Below are positions 1 through 11,230 of a stretch of DNA of 64,000 bases, one piece after another. Source of the DNA: an uncultured delta proteobacterium (GTDB lineage: Bacteria; Myxococcota_A; Polyangia; Palsa-1104). The DNA is taken from assembly GCA_963785725.1 (NCBI GenBank), contig CAWAWS010000039.1, forward strand, positions 288,001-352,000, given 5' to 3'. Both the position numbers and the translations under genes were made by a program. The notes below the pieces were generated by a model, which searched no databases, was not told the DNA's origin, and was given only the letters and a program-made list of their open reading frames with translations. Each line of letters opens with the position of its first letter. Position 1 is the stretch's first letter.

Positions 1-168
1 ACGCAGCGGCCACAGCTCTTGGCTCGGCGCCGCGCCCCGGCCGAGCAGCCGCAGCATCGCGTTGCGCAAGAGAAACGGCTGATGCTCGAAGCGCCGGAAC
101 GCCTTGCCGACATCGTGCACGCGCACGATGAGCTCGGTCGGTTGCGGTCGCAGCAGCACGGGCGTCAT
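1..168 (-). CDS. wzt: Polysaccharide ABC transporter ATP-binding subunit (Wzt-like), 5' part only; runs off window
   Basis: Own translation from ATG at 168: MTPVLLRPQPTELIVRVHDVGKAFRRF...QELWPLR, a typical Wzt N-terminus, directly downstream of wzm. Confidence 0.7.
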   Translation of the reverse strand, partial: MTPVLLRPQPTELIVRVHDVGKAFRRFEHQPFLLRNAMLRLLGRGAAPSQELWPLR

Positions 169-175
169 GGCTCGA

Positions 176-1027
176 CTAAACATAATCGAGCACCATGCGT
201 TCGTAGTGACGAAAGATCGCCCAACCGACCGCGAGAATAATCGCCGTCGGCACGGTCATGCCGATCCAGGTGAGCCGGTCGGGCGTCACGCCGTCCATCA
301 CGCAGCCGCGCAGCGCGATCAAGATGGCCGCGAACGGGTTGAGATGCAGCATCTTGGCGTAAGGCTCGGGGACGATCGAGATGGGATAGATGATCGGCGT
401 CAGCCAATAGAGCAGCATCAGCGTGGTCGACACGAGGTAGGCGACGTCGCGGTAAATGACGTTGAGGACGCTCGTCATGAGCGCGATGCCCGCCAAGAGC
501 GCCACCAGCAAGGCCAGGACGATCGGCACCAGCAGCAGCGCCGGCGTCAGCGCGAACGCGTGCGGGAAGATGGGCACGAACAGGAGCACGAGCCCGCATT
601 CCATCGCGAAGTTCACGCCATAGCTGAGCAGCGACGCCATCGGCAAGAGATGGCGCGCGAAGACCGTGCGCTTGACGACGTCGGCGTTGCTGACGAAGGC
701 CTGCGTCGAGGCGTTGATGGCGTTCGAGACCCACTGCCAGAAGACGACGCCGATCAGCATGAAGACCGGAAAATTCGCCGTCGCCGAGTGAAAAACGCGC
801 GTGAAGATGAGGCTCAAGATGAGCATCTGCACGAGCGGGTTGAGCAAGGACCAGATGATGCCGAGCGCCTGCGCGCGATAGCGGGCGCGGAATTCGTTGC
901 GCGTCAGCACCGCCAGCACGTGTGACCAGCGTGACGGGGGCGCGTCAGCGCGGCTGTCGCCGTCTAAATTACCGTACGACAAGCCGCTCGGGCGGCGATG
1001 AACCCAGACATCTGGCAGAGCGCGCAT
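176..1027 (-). CDS. wzm: ABC-2 type polysaccharide export permease (Wzm-like)
   Basis: EFRARYRAQALGIIWSLLNPL, YWLTPIIYP and LNPF motifs; about six TM segments. Confidence 0.9.
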   Translation of the reverse strand: MRALPDVWVHRRPSGLSYGNLDGDSRADAPPSRWSHVLAVLTRNEFRARYRAQALGIIWSLLNPLVQMLILSLIFTRVFHSATANFPVFMLIGVVFWQWVSNAINASTQAFVSNADVVKRTVFARHLLPMASLLSYGVNFAMECGLVLLFVPIFPHAFALTPALLLVPIVLALLVALLAGIALMTSVLNVIYRDVAYLVSTTLMLLYWLTPIIYPISIVPEPYAKMLHLNPFAAILIALRGCVMDGVTPDRLTWIGMTVPTAIILAVGWAIFRHYERMVLDYV

Positions 1028-1038
1028 GCTGCAGCTTG

Positions 1039-2001
1039 TTACGTGTTGGCGACCTGCCGCGCGGGCTCGGCGTCGAGGTCGTACTCCATGCGCAGCTCAT
1101 CGGTGATGACCGACTTGGTGGTCTCAGAAATCTGCCAGATGTGGTGGTTGCGGCCGAGACGGAAATCCATGTAGCCGAGCGCGCGCGAGAGCACTTCGAC
1201 GGCGATCGTCCCCAGCGCGTAACCGGTGCGCTTGGGCGTCTTCGTCGACAGCTCGGACAGCGTCAGGCGCGCGATGCGCGAGACGTCCATCGTCGACACG
1301 GTGTAGCCGCTGACGTCGCGCAGCCAATAGTGCCCGGCGGCGATGCGACGGCGCTGCTTGACGAAGTCGCGCACCGTCTCCGGCCCGTGGTTGTGCACGA
1401 CCGCTTCCGGCACGTACGCCAAGCGGTAATCGGCGGCGACGATGATCTGCTCCAGCGTCGCTTCGTCGACGCAGCTCTCGGGCGGCAGGCCATGCACGAT
1501 GCCGGCGCGCAGCATGACGAGCTCGCCCAGCTTCGGCGCCTCGAGCGCGACCTTATGGTGCATGTGCCACAGAAAGCGCGTCGCCTCGCCGGGAAACGTC
1601 CCGTGGCCGTTGGTCGGCACCGGTCGCGCGCCGCACATGCCGATGTCGTGGTTGATCAGCAGGCACTGCACGAGCCGCTCGATCGCCTCCGGCGCGACCA
1701 ACAGATCGGCCGACGAGAGGCAGATGGCTTCGACGTTGCGCGCGTTGTCGCCGTGCGCAAGATACGTGTTGATGGCCGCGACCTTTCCGCGGCGCATCGG
1801 CTCGACAATGAGACGGACAGGAATGCCGCGGCGCTGCTGGCGCTCGCGGACGATATCGGCTGTGCCGTCGGTGCAACCGCTGGCGACGACCACGATCTCG
1901 ACGATTTCGGCGCGGCGCGTCTTCTGCGATCGCAGCGAATCGATGAGCAGCCCAATATTGCGCTCTTCGTTGTACGCGGGAACGGCGACGCTGACTCTCA
2001 T
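1039..2001 (-). CDS. Glycosyltransferase family 2
   Basis: VPAYNEE N-terminus, SGCTDGT, GKVAAIN, QRRRI (QxxRW-like) motif. Confidence 0.9.
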   Translation of the reverse strand: MRVSVAVPAYNEERNIGLLIDSLRSQKTRRAEIVEIVVVASGCTDGTADIVRERQQRRGIPVRLIVEPMRRGKVAAINTYLAHGDNARNVEAICLSSADLLVAPEAIERLVQCLLINHDIGMCGARPVPTNGHGTFPGEATRFLWHMHHKVALEAPKLGELVMLRAGIVHGLPPESCVDEATLEQIIVAADYRLAYVPEAVVHNHGPETVRDFVKQRRRIAAGHYWLRDVSGYTVSTMDVSRIARLTLSELSTKTPKRTGYALGTIAVEVLSRALGYMDFRLGRNHHIWQISETTKSVITDELRMEYDLDAEPARQVANT

Positions 2002-2112
2002 AAGCTCGCTTTCATTGGTCGTTAATCCAAGTAGGCTGTGACGCGCCGATCATATATGGGCAGCGACGCTACCCGGCGTTACAGCTACTTGTCAACAAAT
2101 GCGCGAGTCGTG

Positions 2113-2128
2113 TGCAACTTGGGTGCCC
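2113..2128 (-). promoter_or_regulatory. Putative sigma54 (-24/-12) promoter of the GT2-wzm-wzt operon
   Basis: Minus strand reads GGGCAC-CCAAG-TTGCA versus consensus TGGCAC-N5-TTGCW; about 110 bp upstream of the GT2 ATG. Confidence 0.6.
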
Positions 2129-2245
2129 GCGCTAACGAACAGTGCAAGGGTGCGCGGGGTGTCAGAAATCAGGCAGATCGCGTCAGGGTGCGTCAGAAAG
2201 TCGACCAGGCAAACACCTTATATAATGATGCTGTGGCTGCGCAGG

Positions 2246-3262
2246 CTACGGGATGAGGACTAACTTACCCCGCGCTTTACGGTCGTGCAGATAGTGATGG
2301 GCCGCCGCCGCCTCGTCGAACTTGAACGTCTTGTCGACGAACGGCTTGATCTGGCCCGCCTCGTACATGCGCAAGAGCGCCTCGAACTGCGGCCGCACGA
2401 TGTCGAGGTGGTCGAACATCGGCCCCATGTTGACGCCCGTCACTGTCTTGTTGTCATTCATGAGCTTGATCGGGCTCCAGCACGGGATCGACATCGCCAA
2501 CTTCAAGATCGCCCATAAATTGCGCGTCTTGCCCTGCGCCATCGTCGACGCGCCGAAGTAGACGGCGCGGCCGCCGGGCGCGATGAGGTCGTACGACTGC
2601 TTCCACGAGCGGCCGCCGACGGGATCGAGGATGAGATCGATCTTGCCGTCGCCACCGACGAGCGCGCGGGCCTGCGCCACGACGTCGCCGGCCGAGTCGA
2701 GGCAGTGCTGAACGCCGCGCGCGCGTAGGAATTCGTGCTTGCCGGCGGACGCGGTGCCGATGATCTCGCAGCCGTGCGCCGTGAGGATATCGATCGACGC
2801 GAGCCCGACGCCGCCGGCCGCCGAGTGCAACAGCACCTTCATGCCACGACGAAGCGCGCCCGTGTGCAAGAGCATGTGATGGGCGGTCAAGTAGACGACC
2901 GGCAGGGCCGCGCCCTCTTCGAACGTCATCTGCGCCGGCATATGAAATGTTTGCGGAGCCGGCAGGACGACGGTGTCACTGTAGCCGCCGAAGCGCGGCA
3001 TGCCGAAGACGCGATCGCCGACGGCAAAGCCGGTGACGTCTGGTCCGACCTGATCGACGACGCCAGCCACCTCGTAGCCAACGACACACGGGATCTTGGG
3101 CGCGTCGGGATAGACGCCGACGCGCGCCATCAGGTCGGCGAAGTTGATGCCCGACGCGCGCACGCGGATGCGCACGGCGCCGGCGCCAGCCTCGGGATCG
3201 GGCGCCTCTTTGACGACGAGCACTTCGGGCGCACCAGCCTTGGTTATCCAGATCTGTCGCAT
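2246..3262 (-). CDS. Medium-chain dehydrogenase/reductase, quinone oxidoreductase / VAT-1-like
   Basis: [31 protein letters not shown] nucleotide-binding motif, GKLVL C-terminus. Confidence 0.9.
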   Translation of the reverse strand: MRQIWITKAGAPEVLVVKEAPDPEAGAGAVRIRVRASGINFADLMARVGVYPDAPKIPCVVGYEVAGVVDQVGPDVTGFAVGDRVFGMPRFGGYSDTVVLPAPQTFHMPAQMTFEEGAALPVVYLTAHHMLLHTGALRRGMKVLLHSAAGGVGLASIDILTAHGCEIIGTASAGKHEFLRARGVQHCLDSAGDVVAQARALVGGDGKIDLILDPVGGRSWKQSYDLIAPGGRAVYFGASTMAQGKTRNLWAILKLAMSIPCWSPIKLMNDNKTVTGVNMGPMFDHLDIVRPQFEALLRMYEAGQIKPFVDKTFKFDEAAAAHHYLHDRKARGKLVLIP

Positions 3263-3295
3263 TTTGGCGATGATACATGCCAGAATGGGTCAATC

Positions 3296-4630
<1,335 letters not shown>

Positions 4631-4655
4631 CAAAACCGCCGCGAGCGCGACGGTT

Positions 4656-5858
4656 TTAACGAGCAGCGCGCGAAGGCGAGAGCTGCTCGGCTTGCTGCTT
4701 CACGCCGCGCAAAATCACGAGCTGCAGGCCGACGTCGATGCCGTATTCGAAGAACGGCTCGAGGCGATAGAGCTCCTTGATGACCATGCTGCCGCGATCG
4801 AAGTTCTCGAGGCAGCGGAGCACGATCTCGGCCTGCGCGTCGCCGCCGTCGTGCAGCTCACGCACGTCCCAGCGCATGCGGCCGCGCTGCAAGTCGCCGT
4901 CGAGGCCGAACATGTCGACGGACGTGGCGTTGCTGGCGACGCCCCACGTCGTGTCCCACGACATCAGCGGCAGCGATTGGTCGAGCTGGAAGCCGGGCAG
5001 GCCCGAGCGTGCGCCGAGCGCCTTCGACTTCTCGATCGTCGGCACGAAGCGCGACCACTCGCCGGTGTTGCTGGCGACGCGCACGAGCACATCGGCGCGG
5101 GCGCGCGTGCGGTCGACGAGGTTGACCTCGGACAAGCGGCCGCCGGCGCGGCGAAACAGCGCCACCGTGCCGCGATCGAGCAGGAAGCCGAGGTTCGGCT
5201 GCGCGCCGCCCGGCGGCATCGACTGCGGCCCGGCCACTTTCTCCGACTGCTGCTTGATGGCGAGCAACAACGTCAGCTGCGGAATGAGCGCCAGGCCGTA
5301 TTCGAGCGTCTGCGCGCGGTGAATCAGCTTGCCGTACAAGCCGTCCGTCGGAATTTGCGTGTAGCCGTAACAGACGAGCAGCGTGCCGCCCGGCGCCGCG
5401 TAGAATTCCCAGCGATAGTGGCGCACGCCGTTGTCGTCGGGATCATAGACGTCGATGGGCGCTTCGGCCTGACCCGGCACCGGCGGCAAGAAGACGTAAC
5501 GATGCCGGCCGTCGACGCTGATGATGGAGTAGTCGAGCTTGTATTCGTGGAACAGCGAGCCCGACGGCTCGCGGCGCGCATCGGAGCGCGTCATGTTGGG
5601 CACGAACTTGCCGTAGCCGCCCGGATTGGCGACGATGGCGTGCACCACCGACGGCGGCGCGGCGACGAGCGAGACGGTCGTCAGCTGCTTGAGCAGGCCG
5701 CGAGCGTCGTACTCGATGAGCGCCAGATCCGCCTGATGCAGCGACGGCGCCAGCGTCAGCAGCTTGTCGCCCGGCAACGGTGTGAGCGGCCACGGCTTCG
5801 CATTGGCGGCCGCGATCGAGCTTGCGCATAGCACGAGAAGCAGCGGGACTACGCGCAT
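4656..5858 (-). CDS. Secreted hypothetical protein with two START/SRPBCC-like halves
   Basis: Signal peptide MRVVPLLLVLCASSIAAANA from ATG 5858; paired segments YGKFVPNM/WSRFVPTI and LEYGLAL/FEYGIDV. Confidence 0.55.
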   Translation of the reverse strand: MRVVPLLLVLCASSIAAANAKPWPLTPLPGDKLLTLAPSLHQADLALIEYDARGLLKQLTTVSLVAAPPSVVHAIVANPGGYGKFVPNMTRSDARREPSGSLFHEYKLDYSIISVDGRHRYVFLPPVPGQAEAPIDVYDPDDNGVRHYRWEFYAAPGGTLLVCYGYTQIPTDGLYGKLIHRAQTLEYGLALIPQLTLLLAIKQQSEKVAGPQSMPPGGAQPNLGFLLDRGTVALFRRAGGRLSEVNLVDRTRARADVLVRVASNTGEWSRFVPTIEKSKALGARSGLPGFQLDQSLPLMSWDTTWGVASNATSVDMFGLDGDLQRGRMRWDVRELHDGGDAQAEIVLRCLENFDRGSMVIKELYRLEPFFEYGIDVGLQLVILRGVKQQAEQLSPSRAAR

Positions 5859-5874
5859 CAGCGGTAAGCCTAGC

Positions 5875-6999
5875 TTACGTTGCAGCCGTTTCAACTTTCG
5901 CCTTCCGTCCCCACAGCCGCCGCTGCAGCGCCAGACCCTTGATTTCGATGTAGCGCTCGAACGCGTGGGCCGACAGCGCGAACGACGAGCGCAGCGACTG
6001 GCGACCGAGGATGAGCCGCTCGGTGTCGCGCTCCTCGGCGTTCCAGGCGAACTTATAGGTTTCGTCGCCGCGCAGGAGGTCGAACTCGCGCGCACCATCG
6101 AGCATGGCTCGTTCGACTGCGTAGGACATGGTGACGTTGCCAATGGAAAACTTGGAGAAAGCAAGATCGAAGCCGCTCAGGTAATAGTAGACGCGCGGAC
6201 CGAGCTGAAAACAGTAGAAGGCGGCGCGGATGACGCCGTCGAGCTTGAGCCGGTGCAGCTTGAGCCAGCCGCGCGCGAGAAACAGCTGCGCGACTTCGTG
6301 ATGAAACGCCTGAATCCGCGCACCTGCGAAGGCGCCGGCGACGCCGCGACGGCGCCAGCGGGCGTTGTGCAGCGCGAACAGCGCCTCCATCGACTCGCGC
6401 AAATTCTCGGGCGCGGCGATGTCGGCCTCGGCTTTGAACTGCTTGGCGACCTGGCGACGACGGCGACCGACGTTGGTGCGCATATTCTTCGACAGTCGAC
6501 CGACGAATTTCTCCCACGTCGCATCGAGCGGAATATACGGGCAGACGCGGTGATGCACGAGCAGCGGACGCAGCCCGCGCGGCATCTCAGCGGTGGTGGC
6601 GAGCGAAGTGCCCTTGCGTTGGTCCGCGAAATCGCACAGATCCCAGCGATCTGCATGCGCCGCCAGGTATTCGAGGAACGCTTGTCGCGTCGCCGTTTCG
6701 TGACCGGCCGCGGCCAAGATCTGCTGAAAATCGGACAGGGGCGCGCCCAAGAAGCGGACTTGGCGCAGCGGGGTGCCGCGATAGCGCGCGATGTGCAGCG
6801 GCATGAGCCCTTGTATGACACCGTTGTCGCGGGCCACGAGCACCCACAAGCGACCCGAGCCGTGATGACGCCACCACGTCTCCTGCCATTCGAACGATTG
6901 AAACGGGGTCGGATCAGCCGCGCGTCCGAGAAGATCGTTCCACTCCGCGCGCAGCGACGAGAGCGCCGCACCGTCGGTGACTTCGAGAACCTGCAACAT
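5875..6999 (-). CDS. GNAT-family acetyltransferase (CelD/BcsL-like, polysaccharide-associated)
   Basis: PFQSFEWQETWW, YYYLSGFD, FDLLRGDETYKFAW. Confidence 0.85.
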   Translation of the reverse strand: MLQVLEVTDGAALSSLRAEWNDLLGRAADPTPFQSFEWQETWWRHHGSGRLWVLVARDNGVIQGLMPLHIARYRGTPLRQVRFLGAPLSDFQQILAAAGHETATRQAFLEYLAAHADRWDLCDFADQRKGTSLATTAEMPRGLRPLLVHHRVCPYIPLDATWEKFVGRLSKNMRTNVGRRRRQVAKQFKAEADIAAPENLRESMEALFALHNARWRRRGVAGAFAGARIQAFHHEVAQLFLARGWLKLHRLKLDGVIRAAFYCFQLGPRVYYYLSGFDLAFSKFSIGNVTMSYAVERAMLDGAREFDLLRGDETYKFAWNAEERDTERLILGRQSLRSSFALSAHAFERYIEIKGLALQRRLWGRKAKVETAAT

Positions 7000-7019
7000 C
7001 GCGCCGCGGATTATGCAGC

Positions 7020-8081
7020 ATGACCGCGCGTTGTATACTGTATAGTGCGCCGCCCTTGGAACGGTTCTTGGATGACGCCCGTCCCCGCGTGACTTGGAAG
7101 CGGACGCTGCTGCGCTGGATGCTCCCGACGCTGCTCTTGGCGGCGATCGTCGGCCTGCTCGGACGGCAGATCGATCTACGGCATTTCTGGACGACGCTGG
7201 CGCACGCGCGCTGGCCGCTGGTGGCGTTGGCGGCGGGGTTGGCGGCGACGCTGTGCATGGGCGGCTTGGTGTTGCGGCTGTTTCGGCTGCTGCAGCAGCT
7301 GCCGCACGACGAGCCGGTGGGCGTGTGGGAATTGGCGTCGATCTACTTCGCGTCGTCGGCGGCGCACAACGTCCTGCCGGCGCCGGCGGGTGAAGTCTTG
7401 CGCACGGTGCAGCTCAAGCGGCGGCACGGTTATACCGTCGGGGTGTTGGTCGCGGCGCAGCTGATCGAGAAGGTCATCGAGGCGCTCGGCTTGGCCATCG
7501 GTGCGCTGACGATGGCGTCGCTCGGGCAGCTGCCGCACGCGCTCGACCGCTGGATGTTCGGCGTCGCGGCGCTCGGCGTCGGCGGCGCGGTGGTCGCGCT
7601 CATCGTCGGCTGGCGTTATCGACCGACGACGGCGCCGCTGCCGGACGCGGCCGGGCTGCCGTTTGGCGCTGCGCTGCGCGTGAACGTTGGCAACTTCTTT
7701 CGTCGTCTGGGCGAGGGGTTGCATCAGCTGCGCGCGCCGCTCGTGTGGCTGCGGGCGCTCGGCTGGTCGATGTTGTCGGACGCAGCCAACGCCGTGACCG
7801 TCGGGCTGTGTCTGATGGCGGTGGGGGTGACGTTGCCGTTCGCGGCGTGGTTCTTGACGATGTTGGCGGCGCGCGGCGCCGGGCTCGTGCCGTCGACGCC
7901 GGGGCAGTTCGGCGTGCAGGAAGCGGGCGTCGTCGGCGCGCTCAGCCTCGTCGGCGTCGACCAAGATCGCGCGCTCGCCATCGCCCTGTTGCATCATATG
8001 GCGCACTTCATCCCGGTGACGTTGATCGGGCTCATCGAGCTGCGGCGCTGGTGGGCGCCGACCAAGGAGGCCTCGCAGTGA
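7020..8081 (+). CDS. Lysylphosphatidylglycerol-synthase TM domain / flippase-like membrane protein
   Basis: HNVLPAPAGEVLR and PSTPGQFGVQE motifs, multiple TM helices; exact start uncertain. Confidence 0.8.
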   Translation: MTARCILYSAPPLERFLDDARPRVTWKRTLLRWMLPTLLLAAIVGLLGRQIDLRHFWTTLAHARWPLVALAAGLAATLCMGGLVLRLFRLLQQLPHDEPVGVWELASIYFASSAAHNVLPAPAGEVLRTVQLKRRHGYTVGVLVAAQLIEKVIEALGLAIGALTMASLGQLPHALDRWMFGVAALGVGGAVVALIVGWRYRPTTAPLPDAAGLPFGAALRVNVGNFFRRLGEGLHQLRAPLVWLRALGWSMLSDAANAVTVGLCLMAVGVTLPFAAWFLTMLAARGAGLVPSTPGQFGVQEAGVVGALSLVGVDQDRALAIALLHHMAHFIPVTLIGLIELRRWWAPTKEASQ

Positions 8082-8340
8082 GCGAGCGCGAGCGAGCGAA
8101 CTTGAGCGTGGCCCGTAGGGCCCGCGGATCGACGTCAGCCTCACGGACGCGGCTGGTGCGTCCGTGAGCGAGCGCGAGCGAGCGAACTTGAGCGTGGCCC
8201 GTAGGGCCCGCGGATCGACGTCTGTCTCACGGACGCGGCTGGTGCGTTCCGTGAGCGAGCGCGAGCGAGCGAACTTGAGCGTGGCCCGTAGGGCCCGCGG
8301 ATCGACGTCAGCCTCACGGACGCGGCTGGTGCGTCCGTGA
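8078..8340 (+). repeat. Three tandem 86-87 bp intercistronic repeats with internal hairpin (MIRU/REP-like)
   Basis: Units start 8078, 8164, 8251 (GTGAGCGAGCGCGAGCGAGCGAACTTGAGC...); hairpin CTCACGGACGC-N7-GCGTCCGTGAG. Confidence 0.95.
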
Positions 8341-10889
8341 GCGCCCCGCAGGAATCACAGGAACGAGATACGAAGATGAAACGGCTGTTCACTTGGTACG
8401 TCGACATCGCCGATCGCCACAACGGCAAGCTGTTGGCGGCGCTGCTCGGGCTCATGTTCGTCTCGGCGTTCTTTGCGTCGCGACTCGAATTGCATACGGA
8501 TTTCGCGGAGCTGTTGCCGCCGACGCATCCGGCGGTGGTCGCTTATCACGGCATTTCGGGGCGGCAGCGCAGCGCGACGAACCTCGTCATGCTGATTCAT
8601 TCGCCGAACGCCGAGGCCAACTTTCGGCTCGCCGAGGCGCTCCGGCCGCGCCTGCAGGCGCTCGTGCCCAAGACGTTCACGCAGATTCAGTGGTCCAAAG
8701 ACAAGGAAATGCCGGAGTTCTTCCGGCAAGAGAAGTGGCTGTACGCGGAGACCAAGGATCTCGAGAACGCCGAGGCGCTGCTCGATCGCATCATCGCGCG
8801 CCGCTCGCAGCCGGGCTTCGTCGACTTGGAAGGCGATCCCGAGGAAGAGCTGAAGAAGCTGCGCGGCGACATCGACCAGAAGCTGCCGCCGGCGCCGTCG
8901 ACGGGGCGCAAAGGCGAATACTTCGAAGGGCCGATCACGCCGAAGGGCGGCGTCGAGGAGCACTACATCGGCATCATGCTATGGCAGCAGCTCGACGGCC
9001 TGGCGACGCAAGGCGCGCGCGAGGCGCTCGATGCGACACGCAAAGCCGTCGCCGACGCCAACCCGAAGAGCTTCGACCCGCACATGAGCGTCGACTACAC
9101 GGGCGGCATCTATCAGGCGATCGAGCAGCAGGACGGCGTCAAAGACGATCTGACCCTGGCGACGGCGCTGGTGACGATCTGCGTGCTCTTGGCGCTCTAC
9201 AGTTACTTCCGGCGCCTGGCGCTGCTGTGGGTCATCGGCGCGCCGGCGTTCCTCGGCCTCCTGATGGCGCTGTTCTTGGCGTCGGTGACGATTCACTATT
9301 TGAACCTCACGACGTCGTTCCTCATCTCGATCATTCTCGGCAACGGCATCAACTCGCCGATCATTTTGCTCGGGCGCTACGGCGAGGAGCGCGAGGCGGG
9401 ACGGTCGGTGACGACGTCGCTGCAGGTGGCGATGACGGGCTCGTTCACCGGCATCGCGGTCGCGGTCGCGGCGGCGTCGGTGGCGTACGGCAGCTTGTTG
9501 TCGACGGCGTTTCGCGGGTTCAACCAGTTCGGCTTGCTCGGCGGCGCGGGCATGATCTTCGTCGGCTTGATGACGTTCGTGTTGGTGCCGCCGCTGGTCA
9601 TCTTCGGTGAGCGGCGCTGGCCGGGGCAGTTCACGCCGCGACGGAACTTGTGGCGCGTGCTGTTCGCGCACCTGGGTCGGCTGTCGGTTCGCCATCCGCT
9701 GCTCTTGGCGCTGCTCGCGGTCGTCGGGCTGGGCGCGGCGGTGAAGCCGCTCTATGGCTACGCCAAAGATCCGCTCGAATGGAACATGGAGAACCTGCGC
9801 ACGGACGATCCGCCGTCGCAGAAGTTCTGGAAGCCGATGGAGCAGCTGGGCATGGCCGACGTCGGCGCCGGCTTCATCGCCAACAAAGGCGTGCTGCTCG
9901 TCGACAAGCCGGAGCAGGCCGACGCCGTCGCCGACGCGTTGCGCGCGCAGGACGAAGCCAAAGGGCCCGAGCTGCACGTGCTCAAGGTCGTGCGCACGAT
10001 TCATACGGTGTTGCCGCAGAATCAGCCGGAGAAGCTGGAGATCTTGGCGCGCATTCGCCGCAAGATCGATCGGCACGTGCGGCTGATGGACGACAAGGAG
10101 AAGGCGGAGGTCGGGGAGTGGCGGCCGCCGGATTCGCTGCGTCCGCTCGACGTCGACGATCTGCCGAAGGTCATTCGCGACGCGTTCACCGAGACCGACG
10201 GTCAGCGCGGACGGCTCGTCGGCATCGACAGCGATCACCGGACCTATTACGACTGGCGCGGCCGCGATTTGCTGCGGCTGTCGCAGGCGCTGACGGTCAA
10301 GGCGCTCGGCCGCACGTGGGTGGCGGCGTCGACGGCGACGCTGTTCGCGGGCATGTTGGAGACGATCATCGCCGACGGCCCGCGCGTGACCGAGGTGGCG
10401 CTGTTGGGCGTGACCCTCTTGGTGCTGCTGCTGTTCGGGCTGCCGGTGTTGATCGCCGATCCGTCGCCGCGAGGCTTCTTGCGTGCGATCGGGAGCGCGC
10501 TGCCGGTGCTGGTGTCGCTGGCGGTCGGTGTCACGTGGCTGGGCGGGATCGTGGGCGCGATTCAGCTGAAGCTGAACTTCATGAACTTCGTGGCGGTGCC
10601 GATTACGCTCGGCGTCGGCGCGGATTACGCGGCCAACATTTGGGCGCGCGTCAGGCACGACGGTGTCGGGCGGCTGCAGGAGGTCGTGGCCGATACCGGC
10701 AGCGCCGTGGCGTTGTGCTCGCTGACGACGATCATCGGATATTCGTCGCTGCTGCTGTCGCACAATCGAGCGCTGCGGTCGTTCGGCAAGCTGGCGGATC
10801 TGGGGGAGATCTTGTGTCTGCTGGCGGCGCTGGTGGTGTTGCCGGCGCTGATCCGGCTGGTCCTGGGGCGGCTGGCGAGACGGGCGTGA
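8337..10889 (+). CDS. MMPL/RND-superfamily transporter
   Basis: 850 aa, two TM bundles; IILGNGIN and ITLGVGADY motifs, two extracytoplasmic loops. Confidence 0.88.
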   Translation: MSAPQESQERDTKMKRLFTWYVDIADRHNGKLLAALLGLMFVSAFFASRLELHTDFAELLPPTHPAVVAYHGISGRQRSATNLVMLIHSPNAEANFRLAEALRPRLQALVPKTFTQIQWSKDKEMPEFFRQEKWLYAETKDLENAEALLDRIIARRSQPGFVDLEGDPEEELKKLRGDIDQKLPPAPSTGRKGEYFEGPITPKGGVEEHYIGIMLWQQLDGLATQGAREALDATRKAVADANPKSFDPHMSVDYTGGIYQAIEQQDGVKDDLTLATALVTICVLLALYSYFRRLALLWVIGAPAFLGLLMALFLASVTIHYLNLTTSFLISIILGNGINSPIILLGRYGEEREAGRSVTTSLQVAMTGSFTGIAVAVAAASVAYGSLLSTAFRGFNQFGLLGGAGMIFVGLMTFVLVPPLVIFGERRWPGQFTPRRNLWRVLFAHLGRLSVRHPLLLALLAVVGLGAAVKPLYGYAKDPLEWNMENLRTDDPPSQKFWKPMEQLGMADVGAGFIANKGVLLVDKPEQADAVADALRAQDEAKGPELHVLKVVRTIHTVLPQNQPEKLEILARIRRKIDRHVRLMDDKEKAEVGEWRPPDSLRPLDVDDLPKVIRDAFTETDGQRGRLVGIDSDHRTYYDWRGRDLLRLSQALTVKALGRTWVAASTATLFAGMLETIIADGPRVTEVALLGVTLLVLLLFGLPVLIADPSPRGFLRAIGSALPVLVSLAVGVTWLGGIVGAIQLKLNFMNFVAVPITLGVGADYAANIWARVRHDGVGRLQEVVADTGSAVALCSLTTIIGYSSLLLSHNRALRSFGKLADLGEILCLLAALVVLPALIRLVLGRLARRA

Positions 10890-11230
10890 CGGGCGGCGGC
10901 TGAGGCGGCTGAGGCGCCTGTCGGGCGTGAGGCGGCTGTCGGGGCGTGGGGCGGCTGTCGCGACGGGGGTGACGGGCGGCGGCTTGAGGCGGCGGTGGCG
11001 GCTTGCGGCTGGCGGGCGGGGATTAGCGGTGAGCGGATTGGCGCTGGCGCGCGGGCGGGCTGTGCCCGCGCGCGGCGGCGCTCCGCCGCGCCGGCCATCG
11101 GTGGAGCGCGCACCGCGATCGCATGGTTTATCGCGGGCTTGGTCTTGAATCGCCGACGTTCGCCCCCAAGCGCAACGTCACGCGCTCGAACGCAACGTCA
11201 CGCGTCGAGCAGCGCGGCGGCGCCGGGCGG

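Noticed and set aside
8078..8340. CRISPR array
   Set aside because: Units are contiguous near-identical tandem copies with no unique spacers, and there are no cas genes.
10890..11110. G-rich tract as a functional G-quadruplex or ncRNA
   Set aside because: Low-complexity GGCGGCTG-type repeats between convergent genes; no specific evidence of function.
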